A stretch of DNA of 64,000 bases, from the IMG/VR virus record IMGVR_UViG_3300026382_000009, positions 32,001-96,000 of that record; one strand, given 5' to 3'. Within the stretch, counting starts at the first letter, position 1. The number at the start of each line of letters is the position of its first letter. This stretch comes from a virus. The notes beneath the pieces were generated by a model that worked only from the letters and a program-made list of their open reading frames with translations, was not told where the DNA came from and ran no database searches. Below are positions 29,462 to 38,517 of this stretch, in pieces. The translations under genes were made by a program, and so were the position numbers.

Positions 29462-30085
29462 TTACGATAATATTCTTTCTACAAGTGTTTTAGGATCTGA
29501 AGGATTTACTGTTTCTTCAACTCTTGTTAAGTCTTCTAAAATTCTTTCAAAAAGATCTTTAGATTCTTTTAATTTTTTTTCTTCTTTTTCATCGCCTTTT
29601 TCATCGCCTTTTTCATCATCTTTTTTATCATCTTCACCATCTTCTTCGTCATCTTCTACTTCTTCATCATCTTCAGATTTATCTTCTTTCTTTTCTTCTT
29701 TTTTTCCTTTATCTTCTTTATCACCTTCTTTTTCTTTGCTTTCTTCACCATCTTTATCATCTTTATCTTTTTTATCTTTTTCACTTTCTTTATCTTCTTT
29801 ATCATCTTTTTCATCGGCTTCTTTGAGAGCTTCTTCAACTTTTTCTGCAATAATTTTTTCTAATTCTTCATCAACAGCATTAAGCATTTCTTCATCTAAG
29901 ACAATATAACCTTTTTCTTCAAGTTTTTCTTTTAATACAGCAATATCAACATATTTATCAAAATTTTCCATAAGTTCATGTTCTAGTTTGTTAAGTTCTT
30001 CTTCAGAAAGAACAACATAACCTTTTTCTTCAAGTTTTTCTTTGTATTCTTTAATTTTAATATTTTCTCTTAAATCTCTTATCAT
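29462..30085 (-). CDS. Acidic low-complexity protein, prohead core/scaffold-like
   Basis: Repeat KEKLEEKGY.VL.EE.LN x2, D/E/K tract, many (I/L)xE motifs. Confidence 0.55.
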   Translation of the reverse strand: MIRDLRENIKIKEYKEKLEEKGYVVLSEEELNKLEHELMENFDKYVDIAVLKEKLEEKGYIVLDEEMLNAVDEELEKIIAEKVEEALKEADEKDDKEDKESEKDKKDKDDKDGEESKEKEGDKEDKGKKEEKKEDKSEDDEEVEDDEEDGEDDKKDDEKGDEKGDEKEEKKLKESKDLFERILEDLTRVEETVNPSDPKTLVERILS

Positions 30086-30097
30086 ATTTTCCCCTTT

Positions 30098-30739
30098 TTA
30101 TTTTATTATTATTTTGTCATCTTTTAAAATTATTTCTAGATGTGGATATTTTTTATCAACTTGTGCAGCAATATCTGCCAATGTATCACTATCTACACCA
30201 GAAACTTCGATTCTATCATTATATATATCAACCAAAACTTTTTTGAATCCTAATGCATCAATAAATTTTGCTATTTCAATTGGGTTAAAATTAGTAGATT
30301 TTTCTTTAATTTTTTCAGATTTTTGTTCTTTTAAATCTTTATTACCTGCTACTTTTTCATTTAATTCTTTTTCTCTTACTAAAACAAGTTGTTCATCAAA
30401 AGAATAATTATAATCTTTAAGTTTTTCTTCAATTTCTTTTAATTTTTCTTTATCACCATCAATAATAAAAGCTGTTTCTTTGATTTCTAATTTTATATCA
30501 AATAAATTTTCATCCAAAAGTTCAATTAAACGTTCTAAAGTAATATTTAATTTATTTGATTTTTTAATTTCTAAAATATTTGATGATTTTATAACATACT
30601 CATTAGATGGTTCTAATGAAGCTAAAATTAAAGCTAATTGAGGTGCTGTAATATTTTTTGTTTCAACTAAAATAGAATTAGCAGTAACAGTAATAGAATC
30701 ATCATTTTCGTATAATTTAATCACATCAATAATTTCCAT
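30098..30739 (-). CDS. Head-module hypothetical protein
   Basis: RBS AAAGGA; many (I/L)xE motifs; head cluster. Confidence 0.45.
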   Translation of the reverse strand: MEIIDVIKLYENDDSITVTANSILVETKNITAPQLALILASLEPSNEYVIKSSNILEIKKSNKLNITLERLIELLDENLFDIKLEIKETAFIIDGDKEKLKEIEEKLKDYNYSFDEQLVLVREKELNEKVAGNKDLKEQKSEKIKEKSTNFNPIEIAKFIDALGFKKVLVDIYNDRIEVSGVDSDTLADIAAQVDKKYPHLEIILKDDKIIIK

Positions 30740-30740
30740 G

Positions 30741-31073
30741 TTATTCCTTTATTTTTTTTGCTTTTCTTTTTGTTCTAGTTTTAGTTTCATTATTATTTAA
30801 TACTTTTTTCTTGTTAGCTTTTTCACTTGTATTTTCTTTTTTGTTTTCTTTTTTTACATCTTCTTCCATATCCATATTTTCTTCTGTTTCTATTTTAACA
30901 GGTTTTTCTTTTTTATATATAGGTTCAATTATAATAAATTCTTTAAAATTGTTTACAATGACTGAATTTCCATATATTTTTTTCTCAGATTTTGGTTCTA
31001 AAAAAACTTTTTCATTATTAATAATAACTTCAACTTTATATTTTGATGTATTTTTTATTTTATAACCTATCAT
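30741..31073 (-). CDS. Small charged protein downstream of the capsid gene (start corrected to MIGYKIK)
   Basis: AAAAGGA RBS just upstream of ATG at 31073; track start at 31109 lies in a palindrome arm. Confidence 0.55.
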   Translation of the reverse strand: MIGYKIKNTSKYKVEVIINNEKVFLEPKSEKKIYGNSVIVNNFKEFIIIEPIYKKEKPVKIETEENMDMEEDVKKENKKENTSEKANKKKVLNNNETKTRTKRKAKKIKE

Positions 31074-31098
31074 ATAAATCCTTTTTTGTTTGATTTTT

Positions 31099-31195
31099 GA
31101 CATCTTCAAAGATTTATATATATCATATTTTAATATATGAGTTTAATATATAAATTTGATATGTAATTTTTAATATATAAATCTTTGAAAATGTC
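31099..31195. repeat. 23-bp inverted repeat enclosing TTTAATATAT direct repeats
   Basis: GACATCTTCAAAGATTTATATAT (31099-31121) vs ATATATAAATCTTTGAAAATGTC (31173-31195), one mismatch. Confidence 0.8.
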
Positions 31196-31208
31196 CCAAA
31201 AAGGGACA
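31188..31208 (-). terminator. Intrinsic terminator after the major capsid gene
   Basis: Minus strand TGTCCC-TTTTT-GGGACA-TTTT. Confidence 0.65.
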
Positions 31209-31213
31209 AAAGA

Positions 31214-32614
31214 TTAAAGGTTTTTAAGAACGATTTTTGTCATCATTCCAGGAATTACAGCTTTTACACCACTTACAGTTGCAATTCCTTTTTGAGATCT
31301 TAAAGGATTCAAGTTTACAGAACCTGCAAGATCAGTTAATGTAATAGGCATATAATCAGCTTTTACAAGTCCAGCTTCAAAAATTCCACTACCTTTTGTG
31401 ATATATACAATTTCATTTGCTGGAACAACAGTAGATCTAATAACAACTTGTCCATTTAATGTTCCAACAACCATTGTTCCAACACCATTAAATCCTGTTC
31501 CAACACTTTGGAAACCTGGTAATCCCATAATATATGCTGTCGCAGCAGTTCCTGCAACAAGAACACCTTTATCTGTCAATCTTCCAGCATTGTTAAGAAC
31601 ATTTGCTTGAGCTTGTGGAATAACACTTGTCATAAATGCAAGTTTATGTTCAATTTGTGATACACCACTTGGAGGTGTAACATCCCAATCAACAACACCT
31701 TGAGCATTGTTATATGCTTCTTTTACAAGAGCTGCACTTAAAAGTGCTACAAGTTCAGTTGTTAAATCTTTAGCAAGCATTTCTTCTGCATTCAATCCAA
31801 ATCTTTTTTGGATTGCATATTGTTTTAACAAGCTTAATTCTGTTCTAAGTGCAAATACTTTTGTTGTAATAGTTGTTGATTTATATTCTGTAAGAATAGT
31901 TGGAATTTCATCATTTTTATTGCTATCAAATGCAGTTTCATATTCTATAATGATTTTTTCACCATTTCCTGGTGCTGTTTCAAAATGAACAGTAACTGCA
32001 CCAGTATCATAATTAATAGTTCCTGAAACTCCATTACCGATTAATACACCATTTCCATCATCAATAGCTTTAACATTTGGATCACTTTCAAGATAAACAA
32101 CTACTGTTCTTTTGTAAACAGGTGCATTTGTAACAGTAAATGCAAAATCTTTGTTTGTTCCATCACCAGTAGCACCAACTTCTGCTACAGCATCATCAGC
32201 AGCATTGAAAATTGCTTGTCTTCCTGTTAATCCACCTACAAGTGTTTGACCTTTAGTATTTCCATTTCTTGCTGTTTCTGAAACAACATCTTTATAATAA
32301 ACAATTCCTTGTTGTTCACCAATTGTTTGAACTGATGCCATAAGTGGTGCTGGATCAACAATACTTGCAGCAGTAATAACATCAAGTGCAATTTTTGGAA
32401 GAACAGCAAAATCTCCAATACCACCATTTGCTTCTAAAAATCTCATAGATTCTTCAGTTGCTTCTAATTTTTGAACTAAGTTTGCAAGTTCTTCAATTGA
32501 AGCACTACCATTAATTTTTGAACTTAAAGATTTGCTTTCATAAACATCAATATATTTTTTATATTTTTTAAATCCTTGTTCTACTACTCTTTCTAAATTT
32601 TTTGCTCCCATCAA
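31214..32614 (-). CDS. gp23: Major capsid protein (gp23-like HK97 fold)
   Basis: SVQTI...QG.VYY, LRTE.S...........GLNAE, Y.P+ motifs; highly expressed codon style; likely maturation cleavage near FLE61. Confidence 0.88.
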   Translation of the reverse strand: MMGAKNLERVVEQGFKKYKKYIDVYESKSLSSKINGSASIEELANLVQKLEATEESMRFLEANGGIGDFAVLPKIALDVITAASIVDPAPLMASVQTIGEQQGIVYYKDVVSETARNGNTKGQTLVGGLTGRQAIFNAADDAVAEVGATGDGTNKDFAFTVTNAPVYKRTVVVYLESDPNVKAIDDGNGVLIGNGVSGTINYDTGAVTVHFETAPGNGEKIIIEYETAFDSNKNDEIPTILTEYKSTTITTKVFALRTELSLLKQYAIQKRFGLNAEEMLAKDLTTELVALLSAALVKEAYNNAQGVVDWDVTPPSGVSQIEHKLAFMTSVIPQAQANVLNNAGRLTDKGVLVAGTAATAYIMGLPGFQSVGTGFNGVGTMVVGTLNGQVVIRSTVVPANEIVYITKGSGIFEAGLVKADYMPITLTDLAGSVNLNPLRSQKGIATVSGVKAVIPGMMTKIVLKNL

Positions 32615-32708
32615 CTCCCCTTTATATTTTATTTTTATTTTTTATTAATTTGAGTTGGTATTTTGTGCTACCAATTACTAATTTATTTAATATTATTTAA
32701 TGATAGTC

Positions 32709-33275
32709 TCATTTGTCTTTTTTAATTTCTTCAACAGTATTTAATTGAACACGTATAGATTCTTCCAAGAATTTATCATCACTTAATATTTTTTCTACTA
32801 TTTCATCAAGTGAAGTAATTTCATTTTTATCATTTTGAATATTGAGAGATTGAATTTGTCCTTCAAGTCTTTCAGTATCAACTTTTTCTCTCAATTCATT
32901 AAGAGATTTTAAAAGTTCTGCTCTCATAATACGTGTTTGTGCATATAATTGAAGTAATTTACCTTTATCAAGTTCAACAAGTGTTTTATCATTGTAGATT
33001 ATATCTTCTATTTTTGAAAGGAATTTTTCTAATTTTAATAATTTATTTGACGTTGACTTCATTAATGCTACAAGAGATAAATCAATTTCCAACATTGTTG
33101 TTGAAACTTTTTCGGCTATTTCTTTGTTAGGAACCTTTTTTTCTCCAGAAAGGAGTTTTTCATGTTCTTCTTCTAAATCTTTTACATATTCAACTGATTT
33201 TGAAAATTCATTATTATCTTGCATTTGAAGTTTAATATCTTCTTCAATGTAAGCTTCAATTACATCATTGCTCAT
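32709..33275 (-). CDS. Helical hypothetical protein (possible small terminase or scaffold)
   Basis: All-helical 188 aa immediately upstream of MCP; no diagnostic motif. Confidence 0.3.
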   Translation of the reverse strand: MSNDVIEAYIEEDIKLQMQDNNEFSKSVEYVKDLEEEHEKLLSGEKKVPNKEIAEKVSTTMLEIDLSLVALMKSTSNKLLKLEKFLSKIEDIIYNDKTLVELDKGKLLQLYAQTRIMRAELLKSLNELREKVDTERLEGQIQSLNIQNDKNEITSLDEIVEKILSDDKFLEESIRVQLNTVEEIKKDK

Positions 33276-33446
33276 TTTATTCCTTTATCAATTTTTATTT
33301 TTTTATCAAAAATTCACGTTTTTTAATTTATTTAACTTTTTATTTAATTCTCATAATTTTCGATACAATAAGGCACATCAAAGTATAATACACAATAATA
33401 CACAATGTAAATATTACAAATGAACTTAACAACAGAAAAAAAGGGA

Positions 33447-34736
33447 TTAATTTAAGTTTAATTGAGAGAGTTCTTCTAACCAAATTTCTTTTGGAGATTT
33501 TTTTGAGAGTAAATTTATTTTTTCTTGGAGAGATTTAATTTGTATTTTTAATTCATTTATTTTTTCTTCAGTTAAATTATAAAGATTCATTTTTAAATGT
33601 TCTTCAGGATATTGAATAGCAAGATTTTTACATTGTTCTAAAATATCATTTTTATTTCTTTTGTTAATTACTAGTTTATTTTCAATTATTGATTTAATAA
33701 ATTTAGCTCTATCTAGTAAAAAGTTTATTTCTTTTTGATATTTTTCCAACAAATATTTTTTTCTTTTTTCATAGAATTTTAATCTTATTTCAATATATTT
33801 ATCTATTAATTCATAAACGCTGTTAAATTCAATTATCCTATTATTTTCATCTATACATGTATAATTTTCAACAATTTTTTTAGATAATTTTAACTTTTTA
33901 ATAATTTCTTCATCATCTAAATTACTAAAATCAGAACTTACATTTATTTCAAATAAAAATTCACCATTTTGAGATTTGTCTTTAAATCCTTTGATAATTT
34001 TTTTGTTTTCTAATTCATTTAAAATTTTCAAATAAGCTTTTAAGTCATAACCTATTGGTAATTCAGAAATGATTATTTTAGTTTTTCCAATTCGTTCGAA
34101 TTTACCTAAAATTTCCCATCCATTTTCATATTCTTTAATTGTCCCTTTAAATCCCTTAAAATATGGCTTTAAATTAACTTTTTTACCTTTAATGTAATTT
34201 ATTATATCTGTTAAATTTCTTGGAAGAATTTTTTGAGCAAAACCTGTTGAAACACCTTCACTTCCATTAACTAAAATCATAGGAATAATAGGAACATAAT
34301 ATTTATATTCTATTCTTTGTCCTTCAAAATATTGTTCTTCTAAAATACTATCATCTTCTTGTCTATAAATATCTCTAAGATATGGTTGCATATATGTATA
34401 AATATATCTGCTTGCTGCAGGTTCTGGAGATAATCTATCACCAAAATGTCCTTCCGGAACAAGATATGGAATATTATTTGTTCCAGCAAAATTTTGTGTC
34501 ATATTAACAATAACACCTTCTATATTACCTTGACCATGTATATAATTAGTATGTTCAGCAACAGTTGCTGCAAGTCTTGCTACTTGTGTTTCTTTTTTAA
34601 TATTTTTATCTAGAACAGTAAAAAGAACTTTTCTTGATGTATTTTTTAAACCATCAATATAACTAGCAATTTTTCTTGTGTTATCATAAACAGGATAATT
34701 AATAAAATCATTGTTTATAAATTCTTGTAGCGTCAT
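33447..34736 (-). CDS. gp52: Type IIA topoisomerase cleavage subunit (gp52/GyrA-ParC-like)
   Basis: IDGLK...RK, YIHG, PAASRYI (catalytic Tyr), PMILVNG.EG.STGF. Confidence 0.93.
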   Translation of the reverse strand: MTLQEFINNDFINYPVYDNTRKIASYIDGLKNTSRKVLFTVLDKNIKKETQVARLAATVAEHTNYIHGQGNIEGVIVNMTQNFAGTNNIPYLVPEGHFGDRLSPEPAASRYIYTYMQPYLRDIYRQEDDSILEEQYFEGQRIEYKYYVPIIPMILVNGSEGVSTGFAQKILPRNLTDIINYIKGKKVNLKPYFKGFKGTIKEYENGWEILGKFERIGKTKIIISELPIGYDLKAYLKILNELENKKIIKGFKDKSQNGEFLFEINVSSDFSNLDDEEIIKKLKLSKKIVENYTCIDENNRIIEFNSVYELIDKYIEIRLKFYEKRKKYLLEKYQKEINFLLDRAKFIKSIIENKLVINKRNKNDILEQCKNLAIQYPEEHLKMNLYNLTEEKINELKIQIKSLQEKINLLSKKSPKEIWLEELSQLNLN

Positions 34737-34745
34737 TTTAACTCC

Positions 34746-35822
34746 TCATATTTTATTTATATCTAAAGATGTTTCTTTTATATATTCTTTTCTTTTATCA
34801 ACTTTTTCTTTTGATAACCAATCATCAAGTAATTTTTCATCTATTTCATCAAGTTTCACAATCATATTTTCAAGTCCATCTTTATTTATAATTTCCAATA
34901 ATTGTTTCTTTGTCCATCTACCAAGACCTTTAGCATATTGAACCTCTCTGTTTGGTATATCTTTCATAGAATACCACCAATTTTTTAATTTTCCATTTTT
35001 TATTTCAAATGCAATAGGAGTATAAAAACGATAAATTTTATTTCTATAATTAGGTAAGTATTTTACAATATTTCCTATTAAAAGTAAATTAATCTTAAAT
35101 CCATCTAAATCTTGATCAGAAGCTATAATAATTTTTTCAAAATTATAACTATTACATATAGTAATAAGATCTTTTAATTCTTTATTAGAATTAACTTTAC
35201 TGATAGGCACTTCCCATGCATTTAATGGAACACCTTTTAGCTCGTAATAAGCATATTCATTTCTTCCTAATATATTCATTAAACCTGATCTTGCTGATGT
35301 TCCTTCACAAATTAACAAATATTTGTTATTTTTAATTGCTGGAAAAAATTTTTCAGATTTGATTTTCTTTTCTTTTTTAGATAATTTTTTTAATTCAGCA
35401 TTTTCTTTAGCTTTTTGTTTAAGTATAAAATATTCAGTTATAGCAGTCATCAAATTTTCATCTTTTAATAATTGCTTAACTATTTTATCCCAATCTACAT
35501 TTTCAAAAAATTTTTCTATATCTTTAATAGAATTTGATACTTCTATTTTTTCTTGAGAACTAAATTCAAGCTTTGGAAAAAATCTCATAATAAGAAGAAT
35601 TTTCATTTTGTTTTTAATATCACTTGGTTTTATTGATGGAAATTTTTTAAGAAGTTTTTCTCTTATTTTTGGCACAATTTTATTATTAATAATATACGAA
35701 ATAGGTGTTCCACCATTTCTTATATAAAGTCCATTAACTATTAAACACTGAGAAAAATCATCATTTTCATTGTGTTTTATTTCAAAATAAAAATTATCCT
35801 TTTTTATATTACCGTATTTCAC
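34746..35822 (-). CDS. Topoisomerase transducer+TOPRIM subunit (probable GTG start at 35822)
   Basis: VNG....GG, FSSQEK, ICEGTSA, LKGVPLN, ASDQDLDG, YAKGLG; AAGGAG RBS 6 nt before GTG. Confidence 0.85.
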   Translation of the reverse strand: MKYGNIKKDNFYFEIKHNENDDFSQCLIVNGLYIRNGGTPISYIINNKIVPKIREKLLKKFPSIKPSDIKNKMKILLIMRFFPKLEFSSQEKIEVSNSIKDIEKFFENVDWDKIVKQLLKDENLMTAITEYFILKQKAKENAELKKLSKKEKKIKSEKFFPAIKNNKYLLICEGTSARSGLMNILGRNEYAYYELKGVPLNAWEVPISKVNSNKELKDLITICNSYNFEKIIIASDQDLDGFKINLLLIGNIVKYLPNYRNKIYRFYTPIAFEIKNGKLKNWWYSMKDIPNREVQYAKGLGRWTKKQLLEIINKDGLENMIVKLDEIDEKLLDDWLSKEKVDKRKEYIKETSLDINKI

Positions 35823-35909
35823 AATAACTCCTTTTATGATTTCTAAATCACATAACAAATTCATTTAATAATTGATAAGTGTCAATATTATTGTAATTAG
35901 ACCAATAAA

Positions 35910-36632
35910 TTAAAAATTAATTTCTTGAATATTTATTCTTTCTTTATTGTAATAAAACTTAATTTCAGGATATGTTAAAGCCAACATAATGACTCTACTA
36001 TAAATAGCTAATTTTTCATTTTCAGTAAATTTATTAACTTCAAATCTACTAAAATCAGGCTCTACATAAACTTCAACACCTGTTTTAGTAGTTTTCTTTT
36101 CTTTAACTTTTATTTTTGTTGCATTTTCTATACTCGTATAAACTATTTCTTTTCCAGAATTTCTATTTTTTCCAATAAAAACTTTACTAAAATAATTTGT
36201 TAGTGCTGCTCCCATACCATTGGCACCAGCTGATTTTCTTTTTGAATCATCAAAATTACTCCCAGCTTTTAAAGTCCCCCAAGCTGATTCACACATCCAA
36301 ACTTCTTTATTTAATATTTTATTAAAATGTTTTATGTTAGGTATTCCAACACCATTGTCTTTTACAGTAAATGATGTATCATCTAAAAAAATGTCTATTC
36401 TTGGATTACCATTAAAATTGTTATCTACAAAAGCATCAACTGAATTATCTAAAATTTCTTCAAAAATTTTTACAAGTCCTGGAACATATTCAAGTTCTGT
36501 TTCTACAAATTTATTATTTTTTACGACGTATCTTTTTTCACGTATTTTTTTAACAGCACCAATATAAACATTTGGTCTTTTTAATGCATGTTCTCTATCA
36601 TCTAAAATTTCAATTTTCCTTTCTTTTGTCAA
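35910..36632 (-). CDS. Topoisomerase GHKL ATPase subunit (gp39 N-terminal part)
   Basis: EHALKRPNVYIG, EILDNSVD, DNGVGIP, AGSNFDD, GANGMG. Confidence 0.92.
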   Translation of the reverse strand: MTKERKIEILDDREHALKRPNVYIGAVKKIREKRYVVKNNKFVETELEYVPGLVKIFEEILDNSVDAFVDNNFNGNPRIDIFLDDTSFTVKDNGVGIPNIKHFNKILNKEVWMCESAWGTLKAGSNFDDSKRKSAGANGMGAALTNYFSKVFIGKNRNSGKEIVYTSIENATKIKVKEKKTTKTGVEVYVEPDFSRFEVNKFTENEKLAIYSRVIMLALTYPEIKFYYNKERINIQEINF

Positions 36633-36653
36633 TGTAACTCCTTTTTATAATGA

Positions 36654-36681
36654 ATTATACTAATTTTTATAAAAAAGTAAA
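36654..36681 (-). promoter_or_regulatory. Sigma70-type early promoter TTTACT-N16-TATAAT
   Basis: Same architecture recurs at 42258, 51183, 54741, 57935. Confidence 0.6.
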
Positions 36682-36724
36682 TAGCTTCAAATTTTGTTGT
36701 ATATTATTTTTTAAATAATAACTC

Positions 36725-36838
36725 AAATTTACTTATCTGAGCCTCTCTGGAGGTCTCTGGTTAATTTTTTAATTATTCTAATAATTTTTATTATCAAAAT
36801 TTTAAATTTTTACCAGAGAGGCTCTAATAAGTAAATTT
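36725..36838. repeat. Dispersed inverted-repeat element, copy B (114 bp, 26-bp terminal inverted repeats)
   Basis: AAATTTACTTATCTGAGCCTCTCTGG ... CCAGAGAGGCTCTAATAAGTAAATTT (2 mismatches) around an almost pure-AT core. Confidence 0.9.
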
Positions 36839-36842
36839 AAAA

Positions 36843-37247
36843 TTATGAATTACAAATTTCTTTACATTTATCACAACATTTTTTCAATTCTTCTTCATAT
36901 TTTTTTATTACTCTTTTAAGAGATATTTTTTTAGCTTCATCATAATGTATTTTAGCTTTTTTACCATGAATAGTTGGATTCTTTATTACATATTTTATAT
37001 CATCATCAACCTTACTAAGATATTTTTTAACTTCTGCTTTGAAAATATTTGTTATAATAGGCCAATCAGATTTTTTAGGTTTACAACCCTTTTTACCATC
37101 TTCTAAAAACACACAAATTGCTCTTTTCCAAAGAACCATTACATAATAATCAGGTAATTCAAATTTTTTAACCCATCCTTTAACAATTTTTGAATTTGTT
37201 TTAAGATTTAATTTTTCTTGGATTTTATTTAAAACTTCTCTTATCAT
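36843..37247 (-). CDS. Basic Cys-containing hypothetical protein
   Basis: 134-aa ORF filling the nrdB-topoisomerase gap; no recognised family. Confidence 0.45.
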   Translation of the reverse strand: MIREVLNKIQEKLNLKTNSKIVKGWVKKFELPDYYVMVLWKRAICVFLEDGKKGCKPKKSDWPIITNIFKAEVKKYLSKVDDDIKYVIKNPTIHGKKAKIHYDEAKKISLKRVIKKYEEELKKCCDKCKEICNS

Positions 37248-37404
37248 AGTTTTTCTTTTATTAGTTTTAAAATTATTTTCTTATATTCATCAAGAGAATA
37301 TTTTGTATTGTTAAAAAAATTGAAAAAATAAACGTCATTTTGATTACATATTTTTAAATAATAAGTCAGTGCTTCTAGAATTATAAATTCTTTTTCTTCT
37401 TTAG

Positions 37405-38517
37405 TCATTTTTTATACCCTTTAAATCTATCTTTTAAAAGATCAAATTTATACAAATCATTTTTTAAACTACCTTTTTGATAGTTAGTATTATCAGCTTC
37501 TTGTAAAGCAACTTGAGTTTTATTTAAGTTTCGATATTCGTTATACCAAACAATTATGTCAGATTTTTCTTCATTATAAATAGGTTTTAATCCTATTTCT
37601 TTTAATCTATAATCAGTCCAGTATTTTATAAAATGATTATTAATTTTTTGATTAAATCCTTGAAAATCACCATCTTTTAATAAGTAATCACTCCATTCCA
37701 TTTCAAGTTCTGTTGTTTCTTCAGCCATTTTATATGCTAAATCTTCAAAATAACTTTTTAAATGTAAAAATTCTTGAGAATCATCTTTCATTAAAATTTT
37801 CATTACATTAGCACCTGTAGTTGTGTGAACTGTCATCTCATCCCAAGCAATCAATTTAAGCATTTGTGAAAATCCCTGAATTGAATTTCCATAAGCTTTA
37901 TTGATACTCCACGTTGAAAAAAAACTAAAAGGAAATTTAACACCTTCTAAGAAAAATGTTCTCAAAAGATTTTCTAATAATAATTTTTTAAGTTCATCAT
38001 CAACAATATCTTCTTTTAATTTCTCTATTAATTTATTAGCACTTTCTATTTCTTTATCTGCTCTTTTTTTCACAACATTATCTTCATAAATTAAATCAAG
38101 CATTTCAGTAACTTTACTTCCAAATGCTTGATTTAAACCTGTGCTGTAACTTAGTGCATGAATATCTTCTTCTACCTTTATTCTTGCATATAAATAAGAT
38201 AACCATGTATCTGAAGCCAAATCTGATAAAATACCAAAAGTTCCAGGAACTAAACTATCCATTACATTTTGATATAAAATGTTGAGATGGAATATTCTTT
38301 TAGGAATATCATCCATCATATCCCATCCCTTTTTATCTTTGGAACAGTCAATTTCTTTTGTAAACCACGTATTAGATTCAGAAGCTTCAGCTAATTTTTG
38401 AAAAATATCATAAGATTTTTTATCTATTCTTTGAAAGTTTCCATAATCCCCAAAAAATAATTTATTATACTCTTTTGGTTTTTCTGCTAGACACAAAGTA
38501 TGACAAATTTTATTCAT
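37405..38517 (-). CDS. nrdB: Ribonucleotide reductase class Ia beta subunit
   Basis: Q.VMDS, EEDIHALSY, LEGVKFPFSF, LIAWDEMTVH, QVALQE....NY. Confidence 0.93.
   Translation of the reverse strand: MNKICHTLCLAEKPKEYNKLFFGDYGNFQRIDKKSYDIFQKLAEASESNTWFTKEIDCSKDKKGWDMMDDIPKRIFHLNILYQNVMDSLVPGTFGILSDLASDTWLSYLYARIKVEEDIHALSYSTGLNQAFGSKVTEMLDLIYEDNVVKKRADKEIESANKLIEKLKEDIVDDELKKLLLENLLRTFFLEGVKFPFSFFSTWSINKAYGNSIQGFSQMLKLIAWDEMTVHTTTGANVMKILMKDDSQEFLHLKSYFEDLAYKMAEETTELEMEWSDYLLKDGDFQGFNQKINNHFIKYWTDYRLKEIGLKPIYNEEKSDIIVWYNEYRNLNKTQVALQEADNTNYQKGSLKNDLYKFDLLKDRFKGYKK

Noticed and set aside
29656-29850. Poly-Lys 64-aa ORF (and 32236..32427)
   Set aside because: Alternative-frame reads inside established genes
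35823-35909. Group I intron or intein in the topoisomerase gap
   Set aside because: Too short for a ribozyme core; no Cys/Ser...His-Asn intein ends
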